This document shows positions 29,291-40,100 of a stretch of 64,000 bases of DNA, one piece after another. The notes beneath the pieces were generated by a model, which did not search any database, had not been told where the DNA came from, and worked only from the letters and a program-made list of their open reading frames with translations. The position numbers and the translations under genes were made by a program. The number at the start of each line of letters is the position of its first letter. The first letter of the stretch is position 1. The stretch is from Candidatus Poribacteria bacterium. GTDB taxonomy: Bacteria; Poribacteria; WGA-4E; WGA-3G. The stretch lies in assembly GCA_965205025.1 (NCBI GenBank), contig CBDBFU010000013.1, positions 128,001 through 192,000 of the forward strand. Reading direction: 5' to 3'.

Positions 29291-31456
29291 ATGAAGTATT
29301 TGAAATTTGTTATTTTCTGTGTCTTGTGTGTTGTTTTATTTCCGCTTATAACGCGTGCGAAAACTGTGAGTATTCCCGATACTAATTTGCGTGGTGCAAT
29401 TGAAAATACACTTGGCAAATCATCTGGTGCGACGATCACTGAGGATGATATGGCATTGATGAAAGTGTTGCGAGCCAACGACAGAGGCATCTCTGATCTA
29501 ACGGGGCTTGAATCTGCAAGCCGTCTGCGAGAACTGCATCTCAATCGTAATACGATAACGGATCTCTCACCCCTTTCTGGGTTGAATAAGTTATATCGGT
29601 TAGAGCTAAATCACAATGAAACGCTATCGGATCTGTCCCCTTTATCAAGTTTGCCCATCTTAAATATACTATTTGTTAAGTTTAACATTATATCGGATTT
29701 ATCCTCGCTTACGGATTTATCCACCTTGCATCATCTACAGATGGGTCATAACATTATAGAAGATTTATCCCCGGTTGCTGGCTTACACAATCTGAGAAGG
29801 ATCGGTATAGAAGACAACCTCATAACAGATCTCACGCCACTCAAGGATTTAAACAAACTTGAATGGATAGGTATGAGTGGCAATCCGCCTGCAGACCTCA
29901 CTCCACTTTCAGGGTTGCTGAGCCTGGGAGGCATTCGTTCTTGGGGCACACCGATATTAGACCTTGCCCCATTGAAAGACTTACCGAAGCTGCGCGTGCT
30001 TGATATTTGTGGTGGCGAAATATCAGATATTTCTGCGTTAGCAGAGATGACGAACCTCACAGAGATATATTTAGTGGGTAACGCCATTACAGACATATCA
30101 TCGTTAGCAAGTCTCACACACTTGACACGGTTGAATCTGAGTGAGAATGAGATCGTGGACATCTCTCCGGTTGTGGGATTAGGGAATTTGCGGTGGTTTT
30201 CCTTTTATGATAACGCTGTCTCGGATACCTCTATGATTGATGATTTATCTGAGAGCGGTGTTGTTCTTGTTTATCACAACAATCCAATATTTCCGAGTGG
30301 TGGCACGAAGATTGTGGGACCGTGGCTTTGGATAATCGTTCCTGGTGATCGTATCACCGAAGGGGATGCGTTATCTGTCGCGAGTGATGGGCGCGGGACA
30401 GAGCAGAAGGTCGCGACCGTGGGGGCATCGGAAGGCAAACGCGTTGGTAACAACGTTTGGACAGCGGATACGATATCGGCCTCGGGTGGAAATAATATCG
30501 GTGAGATGCTGAAGCGTCAAGGCGTAGGAAACAATGGGATTGTCTACGGTTCTGCGACGATAGAATCACCGCGCGAGCAACAGACACGTATGTTCGTAGG
30601 ACATCGAGATGGTATTCGCCTCTGGCTCAATGGTGAGGTGATTTATCAGAAGAACAGTGGAAATCACAGGCAAGGGTATCACACCTTTTTCACTGTTACG
30701 CTGAAAGCTGGGACGAATGTGTTGTTAGCAGGACTTGACAACCATCCGAACCATTTCGATCAATTCCATGCATCCTTCGGATTTGACGCAGATACAGACT
30801 ATACTGTCAATGAACCGATTTCACGCGATACGATACCTGCTTATGATGTGAATGAAGATGGTCAAATCAGTATTTTAGATTTGATACTGGTTGGACAAGA
30901 CTACGGCAAATCCCCGCCAGTCAATGTGCGCGCCGATGTCAATGGTGATGGGCATGTGAACATAAGGGACATCGTTCTTGTCGCTGGGCATCTGGGCGAA
31001 ATAACAGGTATACCGGCTGCCCCTGAGTTGCTCACACACAACAGTCTATCCCCAACCAATCTATCGTTTTGGATAAAAACGGCACAGGTTGAAGATGACG
31101 GATCGTTTGTTTACCGACAAGGGATCGCAACGCTTCAACTGCTTTTGACAACGCTAACCCCGCAGCAGACAGCACTGCTCGCTAACTATCCCAATCCGTT
31201 CAACCCAGAAACCTGGATACCTTACCAGTTAGCTGCTGCCGCGGATGTCTCCTTGACGATTCATAGTACGGATGGACAGCAGGTTCGGAAGTTGTCGTTA
31301 GGACATAAACCCGCAGGTATCTATGAAAGCAAAAACCGTGCTGCATATTGGGATGGAAAAAACGAACTCGGTGAACCTATCGCAAATGGGGTGTATTACT
31401 ACACGCTCACAGCTGGCGATTTCAGCGCCACGCGTAAAATGCTAATTATAAAATAA
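29291..31456 (+). CDS. Secreted internalin-like LRR protein with PA14-like domain, dockerin and C-terminal FlgD-Ig/T9SS-like domain
   Basis: IPDTNLR cap, 22-aa LRRs, paired DVNxDG motifs, LLANYPNPFNPETWIPY. Confidence 0.88.
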   Translation: MKYLKFVIFCVLCVVLFPLITRAKTVSIPDTNLRGAIENTLGKSSGATITEDDMALMKVLRANDRGISDLTGLESASRLRELHLNRNTITDLSPLSGLNKLYRLELNHNETLSDLSPLSSLPILNILFVKFNIISDLSSLTDLSTLHHLQMGHNIIEDLSPVAGLHNLRRIGIEDNLITDLTPLKDLNKLEWIGMSGNPPADLTPLSGLLSLGGIRSWGTPILDLAPLKDLPKLRVLDICGGEISDISALAEMTNLTEIYLVGNAITDISSLASLTHLTRLNLSENEIVDISPVVGLGNLRWFSFYDNAVSDTSMIDDLSESGVVLVYHNNPIFPSGGTKIVGPWLWIIVPGDRITEGDALSVASDGRGTEQKVATVGASEGKRVGNNVWTADTISASGGNNIGEMLKRQGVGNNGIVYGSATIESPREQQTRMFVGHRDGIRLWLNGEVIYQKNSGNHRQGYHTFFTVTLKAGTNVLLAGLDNHPNHFDQFHASFGFDADTDYTVNEPISRDTIPAYDVNEDGQISILDLILVGQDYGKSPPVNVRADVNGDGHVNIRDIVLVAGHLGEITGIPAAPELLTHNSLSPTNLSFWIKTAQVEDDGSFVYRQGIATLQLLLTTLTPQQTALLANYPNPFNPETWIPYQLAAAADVSLTIHSTDGQQVRKLSLGHKPAGIYESKNRAAYWDGKNELGEPIANGVYYYTLTAGDFSATRKMLIIK

Positions 31457-31467
31457 GGAAGGTCTTC

Positions 31468-34400
31468 ATGAAAAATCATATCCTCTTTGTTGTGCTCTCC
31501 GCTATCACTATTTTCGGGATAAACACAGCACAAGCACAAGATACACTTGGACAACAAGCCTACGCTATCCTTGAAAATAAATGTCTCAACTGCCACGGCA
31601 CCGGCGGTTCATTTACAGAACAACTTCTGATAGCAGACAGGGATCAACTCATCGCGGGTGGTAGTGTTGTGCCAAATAACCTTGATGCTTCTGAACTGTA
31701 TCAACGACTGATTAGCACGGATATAGCAAAGCGGATGCCACTTGGACAAGCAGCTTTATCTGATAACGCCATCGCGATAATTAGCGATTGGATCACACAA
31801 GGGGCACCAGATTGGATGGTTGAACAAGACATCAACTTCATCACAACTGATACACTGCTTGACACGATACGAATCCATCTTGATAGTTTGGAATCTTATG
31901 AGCGTCCTTATGCGCGCTATTTTTCATTGACGCATCTTTACAACGCTGGCGAAACGGCTGAAAACCTACAAGCCTATCGGAACGCACTTTCTAAACTGGT
32001 GAATAGTCTTTCTTGGGGACACGATATTATCAAGCCACACCCTATAAACTCTTCACAGACTCTGTTTTACATCGACCTACGCCACTATGAATGGGACGAG
32101 TGGGATACACGAGACGATGTGTGGAAACGGATTGAACAAGACTATCCATACACACTTGAGTTCAGCCCGGAAACAGAAACTGATCAGTTTGAAAAACTTA
32201 CACAGCTTCGACAAGATACCGAGTCTACCGTGCCGTTTATTCATGTGGATTGGTTTCTTGCGACAGCATCGCTCCCACCACTTTACCATGATATTTTAGG
32301 TCTACCGGGTACCGACCGCGCTTTAGAAGAACAACTGGGTATAAATGTACAGCGGAATATACAGCAATCCCCTGGCATCCGCGTTGCCCGTGCGGGGATC
32401 GTTGATTCGGGTGTATCAAAGAACAATCGCGTCGTTGAACGCCACACCTCTGTGTATGGTGCGTATTGGAAAAGTTACGATTTTGCTGGAAGTGTCGGCG
32501 CTCAGAATATCCGGACACATCCTCTCTCTTTCAAACACGATGGTGGAGAGATTGTTTTCAACCTGCCGAATGGATTACAAGCCTACTACATTTCTGATGA
32601 TAAAGGGAACCGTATTGAGAAAGCACCAACAGATATTGTTTCAAACCCTGCTGCAAGTGATCCTGCTGTGCGAAATGGATTGTCTTGTATCGGATGTCAC
32701 ACCCAAGGAATGAAGACGTTTAAAGATGTGATGCGGACAACCATTGAACTCACAGAAAACCCAACCTATGATAAAACACAAGCACTACGCCTTTATGTCG
32801 GGCAAGATAAAATGGATAAATTTCTTGAACAAGATACTGAAAAGTATCAACAGGCACTCGTCAAAGCGACTGGACACGGATTTGAGGATATTGAACCGGT
32901 GCATCGCGCCCACGAAGTATTTGAACAACCGCTTGACGCAGCATACGCCGCTGCTGCTTTAGGGCTAAAGACAGAGACGTTAGTGCAACAGATACAGGAT
33001 AAACAGTCTTTACAAAACTTAGGATTGACAGCACTTTTAGGTGGTGGCACTATCAACAGAGACGATTGGACAGTACAGTTTGATGATATAGTCGACGCTA
33101 TCAACTCAGACGATAGCACCGATGACCAAATAACAGATGATAGAGACATACCCATCGGGAATGTGGCTTATATACCAGACCCTAAACTACTAACTGCCAT
33201 CGCAAGCGCAATCGGCAAACCGAATGCGTCAACGATAACCATCACTGAAGTGGAAACATTGACGATTCTAATAGCAGACGATGCCGGTATACGCGATTTG
33301 ACAGGACTTGAGAAAGCAACGAAACTACAACGGATAGAACTACGACGAAACGCAATAACCGACTTGACACCCCTGGCAGGGCTCATCCGGTTGAATAACA
33401 TAAAACTACGCGGGAACAATATCACCGATGTATCACCGCTGGCAAATCTAAAAAGTCTCGATTGGCTCGGTCTTGAGGAAACTAATATTACCGATTTATC
33501 ATCGCTAAGTGGATTGGTGCGTCTCAAAGGCATCGGCATTGAAAACACACTTGTTACGGATCTGTCGCCACTCGCTAAATTACCAAGTCTTGAAGGTATC
33601 CGTGCTTGGGATACCCGCATCTCAGATTTTTCTGTTTTAGCATCCGCACGCAGATTGAAATGGTTAGAGTGTTCAGGAAACCAGGATTTGACAAACCTCA
33701 ATTCTTTTCGTCAATTAAAAACATTGAGACGCTTGGAAATAAATAATGCTGGTATTACAAACATTGAAGGTCTGTCCGATCTCACACAATTGGAAACACT
33801 ACAGTTACGGAACAACCAGATATCCGATCTATCACCACTGCGCGATCTAAAAAACTTGAAAGTCCTATATCTTCATTTTAACTTAATTTCCGATCTAACA
33901 CCATTGGCAGAACTCACACAATTGAATCAGTTGATACTTGAGCACAACATTATATCCGATGTGTCGCCACTGGCAAACCTTACAAACTTGACGCGTTTAG
34001 ACCTGAGAGAAAACGCAATCGCTGACTTTTCACCTTTAGAAAGTTTGCCTCATGGTGTGGTTATCCAATCAAATGGTAATCCGGGGGTTTTCCTGCGTGG
34101 TGGTCCCAAAATAACTGGACCCTGGTTGTGGATATTGTTCCCAGAAACATCCTACAATGATTTTCGTAACAAAGATTTACTCACTGAGGCAAGTAAAGGG
34201 GCTGTAACAGAACAGATGATTGCGACAAACGGCGCAAAATCAGGCACTGCTGTCGGAGATTATATCTGGGCAGCTCAGAACATTACGCCCGGACAGGGAA
34301 ATAATATTACCCAAACGTTAACGACACTCGGAACCCCAGCAGCGCGTGATAAAGAGAATGTAGTTTACGGTTGCATTACCTTAAATTCACCGCAGACACA

Positions 34401-35676
34401 AGAAACGCAGATGTTTGCTGGAAGTGGTGCGAATCATAGGATATGGCTGAATGGAAAATTAGTGAACGAGAGTGATGGTTGGAATGAGGATTACCAAATA
34501 TCTTTCACCGTCACATTAAAACAAGGGAAAAATGTTCTGTTGGTTTCTATTCACAATTGGAATCATGGATTGCGTGGATATTTTGGGTTCGCCCAGGATA
34601 CTCAATACACTGTGTTACCACCTGATGATAGATTTACTCTGTCCACAGATGCGACAGTCTACGCTGTTGACAAAACGTTTACGATTGATCTGAAGGTAGC
34701 GAATGTGCCTGATTTAGCGGGTTGGCAAGCTGATATTCACTTTGATCCAGCAATCCTAAAGGTAAACAGCGTGAGGGAAGGCATCTTTCTAAAACTAAAT
34801 GCAGGAAGAACGCATTTTAGACACGGCACGATTGATAACACTACGGGCAGAATCAACGGGATAAGTTCTACGCGGCTCACACAAGGTGGTGTTGACGGAG
34901 AGGGCACACTGTTATCTGTAACATTTACTATCAAAACGGCCGGAGAAACACAGGTGGCACTACACGGGTTTACCGCTGGTACAAGCACAGGTGAAATAAT
35001 TACCGCAAATCCAATAGGTATAACCGTCGGTGTGGAAAAAATTACGCCAGCATACCCACCCTATGATGTCAATGAAGATGGTATTGTCAACGTAGTTGAT
35101 GTGTATATGGTCGCTTCTGCTCTCGGACATGTTGACCCCGAAAATTCACGCGTAGATGTGAATGGAGATGGTGTCGTAGATAAGCATGATCTCATCATTG
35201 TCGCCCAACATCTTGATGAGGAAACAACACCACAGTCAGCACCGAGTGCCACAGTCAGTAAGAATATTACAGTGGAGATGGTTCAACACGCGCTCAATAT
35301 ACTCAACGCAGCACATGATGGATCACAGGTATGGCAACACGCAATAGAAAAACTTGAACATCTCGCAGCTTTGTTGGTACCTGAAAAGACAACACTTCTA
35401 CCGAATTATCCAAACCCATTTAACCCAGAGACGTGGATACCTTATCAGCTTGCGAAGTCCACAGACGTAGCACTGACGATCTATTCAGCGGATGGCAAGG
35501 TTATCCGAACGATCGAATTGGGTGTGAAGTCTGCGGGGATTTATCAAAACCGAAATCGTGCTGCGTATTGGGATGGGAAAAATGACATAGGTGAATCTGT
35601 TGCAAGTGGTGTTTACCTCTATACCCTCACCGCAGGCGAGTTTATCGCAACACGCAAGATGTTGATAATGAAATAG
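31468..35676 (+). CDS. Secreted cytochrome c + LRR + PA14-like + cohesin + dockerin + C-terminal FlgD-Ig/T9SS-like domain protein
   Basis: CLNCH (planctomycete cytochrome c-like, with RMPLG), CIGCH, LRRs, DLAGWQADIHFDPAIL cohesin, two DVNxDG motifs, NYPNPFNPETW. Confidence 0.86.
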   Translation: MKNHILFVVLSAITIFGINTAQAQDTLGQQAYAILENKCLNCHGTGGSFTEQLLIADRDQLIAGGSVVPNNLDASELYQRLISTDIAKRMPLGQAALSDNAIAIISDWITQGAPDWMVEQDINFITTDTLLDTIRIHLDSLESYERPYARYFSLTHLYNAGETAENLQAYRNALSKLVNSLSWGHDIIKPHPINSSQTLFYIDLRHYEWDEWDTRDDVWKRIEQDYPYTLEFSPETETDQFEKLTQLRQDTESTVPFIHVDWFLATASLPPLYHDILGLPGTDRALEEQLGINVQRNIQQSPGIRVARAGIVDSGVSKNNRVVERHTSVYGAYWKSYDFAGSVGAQNIRTHPLSFKHDGGEIVFNLPNGLQAYYISDDKGNRIEKAPTDIVSNPAASDPAVRNGLSCIGCHTQGMKTFKDVMRTTIELTENPTYDKTQALRLYVGQDKMDKFLEQDTEKYQQALVKATGHGFEDIEPVHRAHEVFEQPLDAAYAAAALGLKTETLVQQIQDKQSLQNLGLTALLGGGTINRDDWTVQFDDIVDAINSDDSTDDQITDDRDIPIGNVAYIPDPKLLTAIASAIGKPNASTITITEVETLTILIADDAGIRDLTGLEKATKLQRIELRRNAITDLTPLAGLIRLNNIKLRGNNITDVSPLANLKSLDWLGLEETNITDLSSLSGLVRLKGIGIENTLVTDLSPLAKLPSLEGIRAWDTRISDFSVLASARRLKWLECSGNQDLTNLNSFRQLKTLRRLEINNAGITNIEGLSDLTQLETLQLRNNQISDLSPLRDLKNLKVLYLHFNLISDLTPLAELTQLNQLILEHNIISDVSPLANLTNLTRLDLRENAIADFSPLESLPHGVVIQSNGNPGVFLRGGPKITGPWLWILFPETSYNDFRNKDLLTEASKGAVTEQMIATNGAKSGTAVGDYIWAAQNITPGQGNNITQTLTTLGTPAARDKENVVYGCITLNSPQTQETQMFAGSGANHRIWLNGKLVNESDGWNEDYQISFTVTLKQGKNVLLVSIHNWNHGLRGYFGFAQDTQYTVLPPDDRFTLSTDATVYAVDKTFTIDLKVANVPDLAGWQADIHFDPAILKVNSVREGIFLKLNAGRTHFRHGTIDNTTGRINGISSTRLTQGGVDGEGTLLSVTFTIKTAGETQVALHGFTAGTSTGEIITANPIGITVGVEKITPAYPPYDVNEDGIVNVVDVYMVASALGHVDPENSRVDVNGDGVVDKHDLIIVAQHLDEETTPQSAPSATVSKNITVEMVQHALNILNAAHDGSQVWQHAIEKLEHLAALLVPEKTTLLPNYPNPFNPETWIPYQLAKSTDVALTIYSADGKVIRTIELGVKSAGIYQNRNRAAYWDGKNDIGESVASGVYLYTLTAGEFIATRKMLIMK

Positions 35677-35696
35677 TATCATCTGACCATAGGACA

Positions 35697-35779
35697 TAGC
35701 ACTCCGCTGGAGTGCATTAGGGTGTGGTGTTTTTTCTATAGACATATTGCTCCGCTGGAGCAAAGAATAGATCGTCGGT
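35697..35779. repeat. Paired hairpin repeat (GCACTCCGCTGGAGTGC / TTGCTCCGCTGGAGCAA) after a CTD gene
   Basis: Nearly identical copy at ~41909-41991. Confidence 0.8.
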
Positions 35780-35852
35780 GATGCAAATACATCTATCTGA
35801 TAGGGTAACTCATACTATTAAAATATACTGTCGCATTGATTATGGAGATTTT

Positions 35853-35980
35853 GCAGGGGCAATCTCCATGTCGCGACCGGGAGGTCGCTCCTACAGAATA
35901 CCTGATAACTTCAAAGGTAGGAGGGAACTCCGATTCCCGACTACAAACAGGTCGCGACCGGGAGGTCGTTCCTACAGAAT
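35853..35980. repeat. Cluster of GTAG-type REP palindromes
   Basis: GTCGCGACCGGGAGGTCGYTCCTAC twice and GTAGGAGGGAACTCCGATTCCCGAC; relatives at ~15598 and 42612. Confidence 0.78.
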
Positions 35981-36064
35981 ACGATCAGTTATGAAAGAAA
36001 ACATAACTGATGCGTAACTAACACAAGTCGTATTTATAGTATATCACATAGTGTTGAAGGTATT

Positions 36065-37156
36065 ATGAAAACAGTTATTAACCTTTTTGTTTTCACGACG
36101 ACATGCCTTTTTCTCATCACATTTCTTGGTTGTGGATCAGATACTGGGGATGAAGATGTTGTTGAACCGGGTCCAGTCAAATTCAAATCTACCAGTCCAG
36201 AAAACGGCAGCACTATCCGTCCCGATGAATCTATCATTGTGATTTTTACCGGTATACCAGAAAACCTAACAGCTGTGCCTGGAACGATAGAGGAACCCAA
36301 AAATAGAACGACTATCACCGGTCCTTTCCCTGTGGGTGATATTACCATTGAACTGATGTGGGCAGACGGCACACAAACCCTTGAATATACAGTTGTTCCC
36401 GATGGCATGGTGATGATTCGTGAAGGTGCGTTTCAAATGGGAAGTGATTCAGAAGTGGCTGCAAAAGATGAAAAACCTGTGCACACTGTTTTTGTGGATT
36501 CCTTCTTGATAGACACACATGAGGTAACAGTCGGTGAATATAAACAGTTTGTTGAAGCAACGGGATATAGAGAACCGGAATGGGGAGAAATAGCACCCTA
36601 TGCCCCGACAGACAAACATCCCATTGTTTATGTCAGTTGGCATGATGCAATGGCATTCGCAACATGGGCAAGAAAGAGATTACCCACCGAAGCGGAATGG
36701 GAGAAGGCAGCCCGCGGCGGTTCGGTAGCAAAGACATATCCCTGGGGCAACCTCGCACTAAAAGGGAAGCAGTGTAATTTCGCTGATAAGAATCTAACAC
36801 ACTATTGGTGGGCAGACAAAAAAGCGGATGATGGGTACGAATTCACTGCGCCAGTCGGTAGTTATCCAGAAAATGGCTACGGTTTGTTTGATATGGCTGG
36901 CAACGTATGGGAATGGTGCCTCGACGAATATGATGCAGGTTTTTATGCTATTTCGCAGGCTGATAATCCTTTTTCAGGGGCAAATACTATTCAAGAGATA
37001 AGCGAAAGTTTTGAAACAGTTGAATCAAATCGGGTGTTACGCGGGGGTTCTTGGCTTGTTACCTCAACGAATGTGCGTAGTAGTGCACGCTTTTTTCTAC
37101 CACCAGAAAGTCAGAACAATACCGTTGGATTCCGTTGTGTAATGGATTTACCGTAA
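36065..37156 (+). CDS. Lipoprotein with an FGE-sulfatase (SUMF1) domain
   Basis: Lipobox FLGC, RLPTEAEWEKAARGG, DMAGNVWEW, RGGSW, GFRC. Confidence 0.92.
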   Translation: MKTVINLFVFTTTCLFLITFLGCGSDTGDEDVVEPGPVKFKSTSPENGSTIRPDESIIVIFTGIPENLTAVPGTIEEPKNRTTITGPFPVGDITIELMWADGTQTLEYTVVPDGMVMIREGAFQMGSDSEVAAKDEKPVHTVFVDSFLIDTHEVTVGEYKQFVEATGYREPEWGEIAPYAPTDKHPIVYVSWHDAMAFATWARKRLPTEAEWEKAARGGSVAKTYPWGNLALKGKQCNFADKNLTHYWWADKKADDGYEFTAPVGSYPENGYGLFDMAGNVWEWCLDEYDAGFYAISQADNPFSGANTIQEISESFETVESNRVLRGGSWLVTSTNVRSSARFFLPPESQNNTVGFRCVMDLP

Positions 37157-37176
37157 GTCTTATGTGGAGGGTATCC

Positions 37177-40100
37177 ATGAATAGAAAACTATATTCAATT
37201 GGACTTGCCTGTCTTATAGCACTTTTTTTGATACAACATTTTGTGCATGCACAAGATTCTCGTCCGATTGTGAGGCTCATCTACTTTCTTCCCAAAGATC
37301 GTCAACCGCAGCCGGACATAGAAGCAAAATGTGATAAGTGGATAAAAGATGTACAGCAGTTTTTCGCCAACCAGATGGAGGCACACGGATTTGGCAGAAA
37401 AACTTTCCAATTTGAAACGGATGCGGAGGGTAACGCAGTGGTACATGATTTTATTGGACAGTTCACTGATGCACATTATAGTAATTTACCCAATATATGG
37501 GATATCTGGAAAGAAATTGATAAACAGTTTGATACCTCTAAAAATATCTATGTTACTGCGATAGACATGAGTAGTGAATTTCTTGACGGTAACGATGGTA
37601 GTATCGGAGGTGTTGGTGGTACCGTGGGTTCGTCCGGAGGAAAAGTCATCACTACTATTGATACTAATACTGGTGGTATAATTACACATGAACTGGGGCA
37701 TGCCTTTGGATTGTCTCATGATTATGCTACAAGCAACACTAAGAGAATTTCAAGATATATATCAGATACAATGCTCAATTCTTTTTGTGCTGCCGAGTGG
37801 TTAAATGTCCACCGTGCTTTTAATCCTAAAGGTCAGCAAGAACAAGATGAACGTACACATTTTAAAATGTTCCCACCGAGTCTCGATTCTCTTCCCAACG
37901 TCATCCGACTCCGCTTTGAAATTAGTGATCCTAATGGAATTCATCAAGTGCAGCTTTTGGCACCGATACCGTTATATCATGGGGATTTATCATTGCTTGG
38001 TTGTAAATATTTAAACGGAAATATATCTGGTACCCTCGAATTCGTCACTGATGATTTGACACCGAAAACAGGATATGTAATCCTGTGGGCAATTGATGTG
38101 CATGGAAACCTGGCAAGGTCTCAGCTATTTCCAATCGATATTACTTCCGTACTACCGCGTCCCGAAACCATATCAATCCCAGACCCACATTTAGCGGCTG
38201 CTGTGCAGCGAGAAATTGGAAATGCCACGACGACTCACGCTATGCTGAACTTGCAGAGACTTGACGCATCTAATAGCGGGATAACAGATCTTACCGGACT
38301 CGAATATGCGTCCAATCTAATAGAATTGTACCTTCCAGGAAATGTCAACAGTAATACGGTATTGGATTTGCAACCGCTGTCAGGATTGAAAAACCTGAAT
38401 CGGCTGAATCTTCGCAGGAACAACATATCAGATATATCAGCACTATCAGAGTTGAAAAACCTGACGACTATGCTGGATCTTTCGGACAATAACATATCAG
38501 ATATATCAGCACTATCAGAGTTGAAAAACCTAATTGCGCTATATCTTGGCAGGAACAACATATCAGATATATCAGCACTATCAGAGTTGAAAAACCTGGA
38601 GTGGCTGTATCTTGGCAGCAATAACATTTCGGATGTATCAGCACTATCAGAGTTGGCAAACCTGAATTTGCTGGATCTTTCGGACAATAACATATCAAAT
38701 ATATCTGCCTTGTCAGCGTTGACAAACTTGTATTTGATATATCTTCACAGTAACAACATTATAGATATATCAGCACTATCCGAGTTGAAAAACCTGGAGT
38801 GGCTGTATCTTGGTAGCAACAATATTTCGAATGTATCTGCGCTGTCAGGATTGAAAAACCTAATTGCGCTGAATCTTTCGTACAATAACATATCAGATAT
38901 ATCTGCGTTGTCAGCGTTGACAAACCTGACTTCGCTGGATCTTCACAGCAACAATATTTCAGATATTTCACCTCTGTTAGCATTAAACCTTATAGGAACA
39001 CAGTGGGACAGCATTGGGTTATATCTTCGGAACAATCCGCTGAGCTATACTTCTATCAATACACATATCGCCGCTATGCAGGTAAAAGGAGTTGAGGTCC
39101 AGTATGACCAGCGCACACCGACAAAACTTCTAAAAATATCTGGAGATGCACAGCAAGCCGCAACGAACTCAGAACTACCGCTCCCGTTTGTTGTCCAAGT
39201 CCAAGATCAGTGGAATCGCGCATACGCTGAGGTGCCGGTTACGTTTACTATCACTGATGGTGATGGCAAACTCAGCACGACAAAAACTAAAACCGATACC
39301 GAAGGTAAGGCACAAACACGTTTGACACTTGGAGAAAATGTTGGCACAACGACTGTCCAAGCCACTGTCCCAAATATTACACAACCTATCCAGTTTACTG
39401 CAACTGCCGTTTCACTTGATTTACCCGTGTCATTCTCAGATGATAACTTGTATGCAAAGATAGTAGAAACCCTTGGCAAACCGACCAATGCGTCTATTAC
39501 TATAGTTGATATGTTGACGTTGACATCTCTTACTGCTAATAACGCCAATATAAGTGATCTCACAGGTTTAGAATATGCAACGAATCTTACAACATTATCT
39601 CTTGATAACAATAATTTGACGAATGTTACACCATTTTTGGAACTTACACAATTGGAAACGTTGTCTCTTGAGAACAATAAACTATCAGACGTTACATCTC
39701 TTGTGGAACTCACCGAATTGAAAACGTTGCGTCTACGTGGAAACCTGTTAAGTTATCCGTCTCTCTATACCACTATTCCGGTCCTGCGTTCCCGCGGTGT
39801 AAATGTAGTGTTTGACACCCGAACGCCTACAACGCTTATTAATATCCCAGGGGAGCCTGGAGCCGCTGGTGCCACGCTACAAGTTATCGTTCAAATCCAA
39901 GATCAGAACGGCGTTGCATTTGCGGGGGTGCCTGTCACTTTTACGCTCACCGCTGCAGGTGGACATCGATCTACTTCAAAAGCAACCAGTAATCCCAATG
40001 GCAAAGCTGCAACAACACTTACGCTGGGACCTAACCCCGGTGAGAACGTTGTCAGGGCAATGGTCGCCGAGATATCACAACCACTCAACTTTACTATCAC

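Noticed and set aside
35485-36017. Short ORFs over the REP clusters (also 28579-28776, 41886-42080, 51020-51337, 55766-55966)
   Set aside because: They are translations of palindromic or tandem repeats rather than genes.
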